Below, in pieces: positions 56,056 through 64,000 of a stretch of DNA of 64,000 nt. The translations under genes were made by a program, and so were the position numbers. A model generated the notes under the pieces. It was not told the origin of the DNA and did no database searches. It saw only the letters and a list, made by a program, of their open reading frames with translations. Location of the stretch: positions 269,213 through 333,212 of the forward strand of contig CAWAPW010000006.1 in assembly GCA_963784025.1 (NCBI GenBank). Direction: 5' to 3'. Source of the stretch: Bryobacterales bacterium (GTDB taxonomy: Bacteria > Acidobacteriota > Terriglobia > Bryobacterales > Bryobacteraceae). Numbering within the stretch: the stretch's first letter is position 1; each line of letters starts with the position of its first letter.

Positions 56056-57893
56056 CGCAGAACCCCCGCGAATCCGATGGCGATCAGCAAGGCGATGGAA
56101 CCCAGCACCACCCAGGCCGCGTAGCTGCGAATGTTGCCGGATTGGATCAGGCGCAGGATGGAACCAATGCCGCGCGATCGCCGGCCGACTCCATTGACCG
56201 TGCCGTCGATAAGCCCCGCGTCAATGCCGCGCCACAGCACCGTTCGCGAACCTTCGACCAGCGGCTGCACTACGGCCGCATCGTAGGCTTCATCGACGAA
56301 GTATTTGTTATAGACCAATGTATACAGGCCGCCGAAGCCCTTCGCGAACGAATCGGCCAGGCCGCGTTTGGCAACGTAGAATACCCATGCCAGGAAAATA
56401 CCGGCCAATCCAACGGCGGCCGAGAGCCAGGCCAAACTCTGATTTTCAGGTTTCTCGGCGAACATCGGCTCCAGGATGTGCGGCACGTTGATGAATCCGC
56501 CGGCCAGCGACAAGATGGCGAGAATCATCAGCGGCCCGGTCATCACCAGCGGCGATTCGTGCGGATGCGCGTGTCCCCGATACTCGCCGGTGAATGCCAT
56601 GAACCAGGCGCGGAAAACATAGAACGCGGTCATGCCGGCGGTGAGCACGCCCACCCAGTACATCCAGGGCGCGCGCGCGTAGGCGGCCACCAGGATCGCG
56701 TCTTTACTGAAAAAGCCGGAAGTGAACGGAAATCCCGAGATCGCCAGCGATGCGCAGAACAGCGTGATCGCCGTGATCTTCATGTGCTTGAACAGGCCGC
56801 CCATCTGGCGCATATCCTGTTCGCCGTGCAGTCCGTGAATCACCGCGCCCGCGCCCAGAAACAGCAGGCCTTTGAAGAACGCGTGCGTCATCACATGCCA
56901 GATCCCGGCCGAAAACGCGCCCACGCCCACGCCCAGGAACATGTAGCCAAGCTGCGACACGGTGGAGTAGGCGTACACTTTCTTGATGTCCATCTGCGTC
57001 AGGCCGATAGTGGCGGCGAAGAACGCAGTGGCCAGGCCAATGACAGCCACGGTATCCATGGTGATGGGCGCCTTGATGAAAAACGCCGCCGAGCGCACGG
57101 TCATGTACACGCCGGCCGTCACCATGGTTGCCGCGTGGATGAGAGCGGACACCGGAGTGGGACCGGCCATGGCATCGGGAAGCCAGACATACAGAGGAAT
57201 TTGCGCCGATTTTCCGGTGGCGCCAACCAGCAGCAGCAGCGTGATGGTGGTGAGAATTCCAACGCTTGCTTCGACGGGCATGCCTTTCGCGCCGTCAAAC
57301 ACCTTCGAGAAATCGAGCGTACCGAATTGCCGGAAGATCAAAAAGATCGCGAGTGAAAAACCGAAGTCGCCAATGCGGTTGACGATGAACGCCTTGTTAC
57401 CGGCGGTAGTGGCGAACTGCTCGGTGAGGTAGAATCCGACCAGCAGGTAGCTGCACAATCCCACGCCTTCCCAGCCCACAAACAGCAGCAGGTAATTCTG
57501 CGCCAGCACCAGCACCAGCATGAAAAACATGAACAGGTTGAGGTAGGCGAAGAAGCGGTAGTAGCCGCCTTCGTGCTCCATGTAGCCGACGGCGTAGATG
57601 TGGATCAGAGTGCCGACGCCCGTCACGACCATGAGCATGATGGCGGTAAGGCGGTCCACCGCGAAATCGACGCCGATGTTCAGCATTCCGCTTTGGATCC
57701 AGGTGAAGTAGTGTTCGATGTACTTGGTTTCGATGGGATCGAGCGCAAGCAGCGTCTTCACCACCCAGGCGAACGACAACGCCACCGAGCCGACGGCGAA
57801 AGTATTGATCAACGCCTTCGGAATGCGCCGGCCGAAAAGCCCGTTCGCCAGGAACCCGAGCAGCGGAAAAATTGGAATCAGCCAAAGTTGCAT
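56052..57893 (-). CDS. nuoL: NADH-quinone oxidoreductase subunit L
   Basis: 613-aa intact ORF. ...GKSAQIPLYVWLPDAMAGPTPVSALIHAATMVTAGVY... is typical of NuoL/ND5. Confidence 0.9.
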   Translation of the reverse strand: MQLWLIPIFPLLGFLANGLFGRRIPKALINTFAVGSVALSFAWVVKTLLALDPIETKYIEHYFTWIQSGMLNIGVDFAVDRLTAIMLMVVTGVGTLIHIYAVGYMEHEGGYYRFFAYLNLFMFFMLVLVLAQNYLLLFVGWEGVGLCSYLLVGFYLTEQFATTAGNKAFIVNRIGDFGFSLAIFLIFRQFGTLDFSKVFDGAKGMPVEASVGILTTITLLLLVGATGKSAQIPLYVWLPDAMAGPTPVSALIHAATMVTAGVYMTVRSAAFFIKAPITMDTVAVIGLATAFFAATIGLTQMDIKKVYAYSTVSQLGYMFLGVGVGAFSAGIWHVMTHAFFKGLLFLGAGAVIHGLHGEQDMRQMGGLFKHMKITAITLFCASLAISGFPFTSGFFSKDAILVAAYARAPWMYWVGVLTAGMTAFYVFRAWFMAFTGEYRGHAHPHESPLVMTGPLMILAILSLAGGFINVPHILEPMFAEKPENQSLAWLSAAVGLAGIFLAWVFYVAKRGLADSFAKGFGGLYTLVYNKYFVDEAYDAAVVQPLVEGSRTVLWRGIDAGLIDGTVNGVGRRSRGIGSILRLIQSGNIRSYAAWVVLGSIALLIAIGFAGVLR

Positions 57894-57903
57894 TAAGAGT
57901 GAC

Positions 57904-58218
57904 TCAGTACTTCATCGAATTCACTTCGTCGATCATCAGCGTGGAGCGATTCTTGAACACCGTAAGAATAATGGCCAGCCCCACGGCGGCTTCGGCCGCG
58001 GCCACCACCATCACGAAGAAACTATAAATGTGACCATCCACTTGCTTGAACTGGTAGGAGAACGTGATGAAGGTCAAGTTCACCGCGTTCAGCATCAGTT
58101 CGATGGACATGAAGACGGTGATGATGTTGCGCCGGAAAATGAAGCCGGCCACGCCCAGCCCAAACAGAATGGCGCTCAGGATCAGGTACCAGCTCAAGGG
58201 AACGGCGGGGTTTGGCAT
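57904..58218 (-). CDS. nuoK: NADH-quinone oxidoreductase subunit K
   Basis: 104-aa intact ORF with three TM segments. ...MSIELMLNAVNLTF...VVAAAEAAVGLAI.... Confidence 0.9.
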   Translation of the reverse strand: MPNPAVPLSWYLILSAILFGLGVAGFIFRRNIITVFMSIELMLNAVNLTFITFSYQFKQVDGHIYSFFVMVVAAAEAAVGLAIILTVFKNRSTLMIDEVNSMKY

Positions 58219-58221
58219 GGG

Positions 58222-58722
58222 TCAGACTTCCTTTCTGGCGAGCACGATCGCGCCCACGAGCGCAATCAGAATCAGGACCGAGGTCACTTCAAAGGGCAGC
58301 AGGTAGGCGGTGAAGAGTTTCCGTCCGATGTCCAAGGCGCTGCCGCCCTGGAAAGCGCCGAAGACCACGTTCTCGGTTCTCGGCAGCTGGCTTGAATGAT
58401 GAAGCTGATCAGTCCCAGGAAAAGGACCAGAAGCACAGCGCCAAAATACTTGACGAACCGCGAGACTTGAAACGTCGCGGCTTCCGCTCCCGCATTCAAT
58501 AGCATGATCACGAAAACAAACAGCACCATGATGGCGCCGGCGTAGACGATTACCTGTGCCATGGCGATGAATTCGCCGCCCAACAGCAGATACAGAACCG
58601 CCAGCGAACCCATCACGCCGATTAAGCGAGAGCGCGCTGGCGATGGGGTGCGTCTGCACCACCAGGTTGATGCCGCAAAAAACCGCGAGCACGGCGAAGA
58701 CGAGGAAGATAAGCGCTGTCAT
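58222..58722 (-). pseudogene. nuoJ: NADH-quinone oxidoreductase subunit J, two frameshifts as sequenced
   Basis: MTALIFLVFAVLAVFCGINLVVQTHPIASALSL, shift (~58620) to GVMGSLAVLYLLLGGEFIAMAQVIVYAGAIMVLFVFVIML..., then shift (~58395) to LPRTENVV...LFTAYLLPFEVTSVLILIALVGAIVLA. Confidence 0.8.
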
Positions 58723-58725
58723 AGG

Positions 58726-59917
58726 CTATTTGGACGTCAAGGCCACGATCAGGCTGGTGGCCAGCAGATTGATCATCGCGAGCGGGAACAGGAAGATCCA
58801 GGCGAAGCGCATCAGTTGGTCGTAACGGAAACGAGGGAGCGTCGCGCGAACCCAAATGAACACGAACAACAGAACCAGGACCTTGCCGCAGAACCAGAAC
58901 AGCGCCATGAGAATGGTCTTCAGCATCGGCACGAAGAGCGAGAGTCCGAAGATGGCCGCGATGCCGAGGAACACCAAGGCCGTGGCCGGCAGCGTGAATT
59001 TGTCCATGCGCCGCGCCGGATTGAGGCCGTGATACAGCGCGATCAATCCGCCGAATGCGAAAACGAGAATGGGCACAGCATCGGAATAAGGCGCCGGAAA
59101 CGGCGGTTGCCATCCGCCCAGGAACAGCAGCGTCGCGACGGCCGTGACGGTCACCATGTTCGGCGTATTCGGCCATGAAAAACGCCGCGAAATTCATGCT
59201 GCTGTACTCGGTGTGGAAACCAGCCACCAGCTCGTTCTCCGCTTCGGGAAGATCGAACGGAACGCGATTGGTTTCGGCGAACCCGGCAATCATGAAAACG
59301 ATGAAGCCCAGAATTTCCGGAAACAGATTCCAGCGCGGGATGAAGCCCAGCCAGTAGCCGCTCTGGTAGTTCACCATCTCGCGAAAGCTGAGCGTGTTGG
59401 CCAGCAGCAGCGGCGCGGCTATCGCCAGCGCCAGCGGCAACTCATAGCTGATCATCTGCGCGGAACTGCGCAGGCCGCCCAGCAGCGAATATTTGTTGTT
59501 CGACGCCCAGCCGCCCAGCGCCACGCCATAGACGCCGATGGAGGAGATCGCGAGCACGAATAGAATCCCGATGCGCAGATCGGTAAGCTGCATCCAGGTG
59601 GTAACCGGGCCGATGGTGATTTGGGGGCCGAACGGAATGACGGAGATCGAAATCAGCGCCAGCGTCACCGCCACGAACGGCGCCATCAGATAGAAGAGCT
59701 TGTTGACGTGCGAAGGGATCAAGCCTTCCTTGGTGATCAGCTTCACCACGTCGGCCAGCGGCTGCAGCAATCCGTGCGGGCCCACGCGGTACGGTCCCAC
59801 GCGCAGCTGGACGTGCGCGATCACTTTGCGCTCAATCCACTGCAGATACGCGAGAGTGGTGAGAAGCACGAAGGCGACCAGCGCCACCTTGATGAGGCTG
59901 ATTATGAAAAAATTCAT
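58726..59917 (-). pseudogene. nuoH: NADH-quinone oxidoreductase subunit H, one frameshift as sequenced
   Basis: ...IERKVIAHVQLRVGPYRVGPHGLLQPLADVVKL...AETNRVPFDLPEAENELVAGFHTEYSSMNFAAFFMAEYA, then a shift (~59160, extra G) to NMVTVTAVATLLFLGGW...RATLPRFRYDQLM. Confidence 0.85.
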
Positions 59918-59924
59918 GGATGAC

Positions 59925-62039
59925 TTACGGCCGCGGCTCTGAATACAACGCGCCCGGCGCCTCGAGTGTCGAATTCAGTTTTTTGCAGTAACGGCCCAAG
60001 GTTCCGGACGTGAACAGGGTGTCGCGCGCGGACTGTATCAGCTCCGGCCGCGAACTCACCGGCACGCGGCCATTCACCGGCGCGGTTTGCGCTGCTCCCC
60101 CTGTTGCGAGTACGGGCAAAGGAATATTATAACCATGCACGTTCTTGCGAATCTCTTCAAACACTTTGTCGGCGGACCACATGCCAAGATTCACGCCCAT
60201 CTCTTTCGAGAGCAGGCCGAAGATTTCGAGGTCCGGCTTGGCGCCCATCACCTGCACGCCGCCCTTCAGGCGCTGCACTTCGCCGCAAACGTTAGTGACC
60301 GTCCCGTGCTTTTCGTAAGCGGAAGCGGCCGGGAATAAGATGTCGGCGCGCGACGCGGTTTCCGTCATGAACAGATCCTGAACAATGACAAACGCCCCGG
60401 TGGACGCGATGGTTGCTTCCTTCAACGGATTGGCGCCCACCACCCACACCACGTCGAGATTCGTTGCCGCGAGAATTTCATCGTACGCCAAGCCGGGCAC
60501 GCTGACGGGCTGATAGCCGGGGCCAGAGTCGGGGCTTAGTCCCATGTCGGATGCGCCGCGCGAATTCGAATAATCCACCAGGCAAACATATTTCACCGGG
60601 ATGCCGAGCGAATCGCCGAACGCCACCAGCTCGCGGATCTTATCGCCCTTGATGGCGTCGCCGAAAAGAATCACCAGCTCCGGTTCCTTTTGAAGCTGCT
60701 CGCGCAGCGATTCCACGTCGGCCAGCTCGTGGCCTGGAACGGTGATCACGCTGCGCACGGCCATGCTTTGCTCGCGCACCGGGCCCGGCGTCACGGTGTA
60801 AACATGCGCGTCGTGATGCCGGTAGTTGGCGCGGATCTGGAACGCGAGAAAGGGATGCTGCTGCGAAAGGTCGCTCGATACCACCAGGATCGCCTTGCGA
60901 TCGTAAAGATCGGCGGTGGTGGCGAGCGCTGCGTTCTTATTGCTCACCGCTCCGGGCTTCCCGCTCAAAGCATCCAGCAGCGTTACGACGTCGCCGGTGC
61001 GATGGTGATCGATATTGTTGGTGCCCAGCGCCTGGCGCGCGAACTTCTGCAGATAGTAATTTTCTTCGTTGCTGGTGTGGTTCGAGCCAATCACCGCGAA
61101 CTTGCCATCGCGCGCTCTTCACTTCGCTGAGCTTGCGCGCCGCCGCGGTCAAAGCTTCGGACCACGACACCGGCTCCAAGCTTTCCGTTCCTCCGAATCA
61201 TCGGCGATTGCAGGCGCTCCGGGCTGTTCACAAAATCCGCCGCATAGCGGCCCTTGATGCACAGGAACTCGCCGTTGATGCCCGACCGGTCGCGATTGTT
61301 GCCGCGAATGATTTCGTTGTTGCGAACGCCCAGCGTGGTCTTGCAGCCATCGGCGCAATGCGTGCAAATGGTGCCGACGTGCTTCATTTCCCAGGGACGC
61401 GTCTTATAGCGATACGTGCCGCTGGTGAGCGCGCCCACCGGACAAATGTCGATGCACATGCCGCACTCGTCGCATTCCAGATGATCGAAATGATTGGGCT
61501 CGATCACCGACACCGAGCCGCGATTGCCGACGCCCAGCGCCTTCACGCCCATGCCTTCGTCGCAGATGCGCACGCAGCGGTAGCACAGGATGCAGCGCGG
61601 CTTGTCGTAAAACACAACGGGCGACCATTGTTGTTCGTCGGTGTGCTGCTTCTGCTCCAGGAACCGGCTCTCGCCCATGCCGTAGCGGAAGGTCATGTCC
61701 TGCAGCTCGCACTCGCCGCCCTTATCGCACACCGGGCAATCCAGCGGATGGTTGGTCAGCAGAAATTCGAGCGTGCCCTTGCGCGCTTCATGCACTAGCG
61801 GCGAATCGGTATGGACCACCATGCCCTCGGCCACCGGCAGCGTGCAGCCCACTTGCAGCTTGGGCGTTTTTTCCACTTCCACCAGACACATCCGGCAGGC
61901 GGCCTGCTAGCGACAGGCCATCGTAATAGCAAAACGACGGAACTTCGATGCCCACCGCTTTGGCGGCGTTGATCACCAGCGTTCCGGGCGCGGCTGTCAC
62001 GGCTCGGCCGTCGATCGTGAGATGAATTGGGTCGCTCAT
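59925..62039 (-). pseudogene. nuoG: NADH-quinone oxidoreductase subunit G, three frameshifts as sequenced
   Basis: MSDPIHLTIDGRAVTAAPGTLVINAA...PSFCYYDGLSLA, shift (~61900) to ACRMCLVEVEK...HPLDCPVCDKGGECELQD...CILCYRCVRIC...CDECGMCIDICPVGA. Further shifts near 61180 and 61110 lead to the molybdopterin-like C-terminal part. Confidence 0.85.
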
Positions 62040-62069
62040 GGTTGTTCGTTTGCCGTGGCGCCGGTTCCC

Positions 62070-62177
62070 GTGGCGCACGTTCTCAACGTGCCGTGTCCGC
62101 GCTCATGCGGGCACAGTGAATAAAAGACCGAACGTTCACACGAGTGTGAACGCGGCACGCAAGAGTGCGTGCGCCAC
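62070..62177. repeat. REP-B palindromic repeat in the nuoF-nuoG spacer
   Basis: GTGGCGCACGTTCTCAACGTGCCGTG...GTTCACACGAGTGTGAACGCGGCACGCAAGAGTGCGTGCGCCAC is related to 24699..24810. It fills most of the 160-nt gap between the nuoF stop and the nuoG start. Confidence 0.75.
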
Positions 62178-62199
62178 AGTGCTACGCTGCGTAGGCGCG

Positions 62200-63510
62200 T
62201 CATGCCATCACCAGTTCCGACGCGTGCTGATAAGGGCACGGCTTGCCGTTCAAATGCGCTTCAAAATCGTCGGTGAACTTTTCGACGATGGAAATGGTCG
62301 GCATCGCGGCCGCGTCGCCCAGCGCGCAGAAGGTGCGGCCCAGCATGTTCTTCGACAACTCGCCGATCAGCGGAATGTCGCTCTTCTGTCCCGCGCCGGA
62401 GTGGAAACGGTCCAGCATCTTTTTCAGCCAGGTGGTGCCTTCGCGGCACGGAATGCACCAGCCGCAGCTTTCGTGCGCGTAAAACTTCATGATGCGCTGC
62501 GCGAACTTCACCATGCAGGTGTCTTCATCCAGAATCACGGTGCCGCCCGAGCCTAACATGCTCTTCACCTTGACCAGCGAGTCATAATCCATGGGGATGT
62601 CGCACTCGTCGGCTTTCAACAGCGGGCAGGAGGAACCGCCCGGCACCACCGCCTTCAGTTTCTTTCCGTTGCGCATGCCGCCGCCCACTTCGTAAATCAT
62701 GCGGAGCAGGTTGAAACCCATCGGAAGTTCGTAGACGCCGGGCTTATTGATGTGGCCGGACAGGCACACCAGATGGGTTCCACCGTTCTTGGGCGTCCCT
62801 AGCGCGGCAAACGCCGCACCGCCGTCGTTGATGATAGCCGGGATCGCGGAGAGCGTCTCGACATTGTTCAACAGCGTGGGCGATTGCCACGCGCCAACCA
62901 CGGCCGGAAACGGAGGCTTCATGCGCGGAATGCCGCGTTTGCCCTCGATGGAATCGAGCAGCGCGGTTTCTTCGCCGCACTCGTACGCGCCGGCGCCGGA
63001 ATGCGTGTAGAGATCGAAATCGAAACCGGTGCCCTGAATGTTTTTGCCCAGGTAGCCGCGCGAATAAGCTTCGGCAATGGCGCGATCCATGGCTTCGATC
63101 AGGTAGCGATACTCGCCGCGAATATAGATGTAGCCCTGGTGCGAATCCACCGCGCGTCCGGCGATCAGGATGCCTTCGATCAACTGATGCGGATCGTTCT
63201 CCATCAACAGCCGGTCTTTGCAAGTGCCCGGCTCGCTCTCGTCGGCGTTGATGATGATGTATTTCGGCTTGGGCGACGTGCGCGGCACGAAGCTCCACTT
63301 CAGGCCGGTGGGAAATCCAGCGCCGCCGCGTCCGCGCAGAGCCGAGGCTTTTACTTCCTCGATGATCTGCTCGGGCGTCATCTCGATGGCTTTCAGGAAG
63401 GCCTTGTAGCCGCCGGTAGCGAGATAGGTGTCGAGCGATTCCGAATTCCTGAGACCAAAGCGCTTGGTCAGGATCTTCACTTCGAGCGGGCTGGGTTCGT
63501 TATAGAGCAT
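62200..63510 (-). CDS. nuoF: NADH-quinone oxidoreductase subunit F
   Basis: 436-aa intact ORF. LRGRGGAGFPTGLKWSF (FMN/NADH site), GAGAYECGEETAL, ESCGWCIPCREG (N3 cluster). Confidence 0.92.
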   Translation of the reverse strand: MLYNEPSPLEVKILTKRFGLRNSESLDTYLATGGYKAFLKAIEMTPEQIIEEVKASALRGRGGAGFPTGLKWSFVPRTSPKPKYIIINADESEPGTCKDRLLMENDPHQLIEGILIAGRAVDSHQGYIYIRGEYRYLIEAMDRAIAEAYSRGYLGKNIQGTGFDFDLYTHSGAGAYECGEETALLDSIEGKRGIPRMKPPFPAVVGAWQSPTLLNNVETLSAIPAIINDGGAAFAALGTPKNGGTHLVCLSGHINKPGVYELPMGFNLLRMIYEVGGGMRNGKKLKAVVPGGSSCPLLKADECDIPMDYDSLVKVKSMLGSGGTVILDEDTCMVKFAQRIMKFYAHESCGWCIPCREGTTWLKKMLDRFHSGAGQKSDIPLIGELSKNMLGRTFCALGDAAAMPTISIVEKFTDDFEAHLNGKPCPYQHASELVMA

Positions 63511-63515
63511 CGGTT

Positions 63516-63767
63516 CTAGTGTGGGCGCCTTGTTTCCAAATTCAGGACACGTTCCTCAAGCACAGCCAGGCGCCCGATCACGGCCGATTCGCCCACCTCA
63601 AGCGCGTGCATGCGCAGCGCCTGTCCTTTTCCGTAGCCGTGAAAGGAGGTGAGCAAGTTCGTTTCGACGCCGCGAATCAACTCCGTCAACGATTCAGTCA
63701 GCGACTGAGTCAACGCTACCTTCAAATCCTCGATATCCTTCTTTGTAACAGGGTCAGAATCTGCCAT
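63516..63767 (-). CDS. 83-aa hypothetical coiled-coil-like protein wedged between nuoE and nuoF
   Basis: The ATG lies 3 nt after the nuoE stop, and the stop lies 5 nt before the nuoF ATG. MADSDPVTKKDIEDLKVALTQSLTESLTELIRGVETNLL...RLAVLEERVLNLETRRPH. G+C is visibly lower. No family recognised. Confidence 0.5.
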   Translation of the reverse strand: MADSDPVTKKDIEDLKVALTQSLTESLTELIRGVETNLLTSFHGYGKGQALRMHALEVGESAVIGRLAVLEERVLNLETRRPH

Positions 63768-63770
63768 AAC

Positions 63771-64000
63771 TCACTCTGCCTTTCTCACTTCCGCGAGCAG
63801 TTGATCCAGCTTCTCCGGCGTCACATGGTGATGGAAATCGTAATTGAGCTGAATGGCCGGCGCCCAACTGCACGCGCCCATGCACTCCACTTCTTCGAGC
63901 GAAAACTGCCCGTCCGGCGTCACTTCTTTGTGGCCGATCCCGAGCTTCTTCGAAGCGTGTTCGTACAACTCTTCCGCGCCTAAGATCAGGCAACTGATGT
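63771..64000 (-). CDS. nuoE: NADH-quinone oxidoreductase subunit E (3' part; 5' end lies beyond the window)
   Basis: The frame is open to the window edge: ...ISCLILGAEELYEHASKKLGIGHKEVTPDGQFSLEEVECMGACSWAPAIQLN... (2Fe-2S Cys ligands C...C and CxGxC). Confidence 0.8.
   Translation of the reverse strand, partial: ISCLILGAEELYEHASKKLGIGHKEVTPDGQFSLEEVECMGACSWAPAIQLNYDFHHHVTPEKLDQLLAEVRKAE

Overview
High-GC bacterial chromosome segment. It is probably Acidobacteriota, inferred from an acidobacterial-type VWFA protein, two dispersed palindromic REP-like repeat families and general gene content; no rRNA or tRNA gene is present to confirm this.

Core content:
- A complex I cluster on the minus strand: nuoE(partial)-[83-aa ORF]-nuoF-nuoG-nuoH-nuoJ-nuoK-nuoL-nuoM-nuoN, with no nuoI.
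- rplU-rpmA-obg.
- A yacL-like PIN/TRAM gene followed by ispD and ispF.
- psd-pssA.
- An asd-like gene followed by lptE and holA.
- Three two-component modules: CHASE2 HK with an NtrC-type RR; a LiaF-like protein with a LytS-type HK and a Ser/Thr-kinase-REC-LytTR fusion; and a hybrid HK.
- A possible polyphenol/aromatic catabolic neighbourhood: hydroxyquinol 1,2-dioxygenase, two tannase/feruloyl-esterase paralogues, a cytochrome-c/PQQ dehydrogenase and DoxX.
- Several type II toxin-antitoxin modules sitting in visibly lower-GC islets.

Most interesting observations:
1. An orphan Cas6-like RAMP protein is translationally coupled to a hybrid histidine kinase inside a four-gene operon, with no CRISPR array or other cas genes.
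2. An Omp85/TpsB-like transporter is followed by a signal-less beta-rich protein of about 370 aa.
3. A Hanks kinase is fused to a REC-LytTR regulator.
4. A low-GC two-TM (SLATT-like) gene has an in-frame polyproline tail or micro-ORF just past its stop codon, next to a DUF429-PdxH fusion.
5. The nuo cluster lacks nuoI and carries an extra small ORF between nuoE and nuoF.

Caveat: the sequence carries roughly 35 single-base frameshifts (hand count). They are clustered in three regions and hit essential genes, so consensus indel errors are at least as likely as real pseudogenes. All family assignments come from reading motifs by eye; no searches were run.
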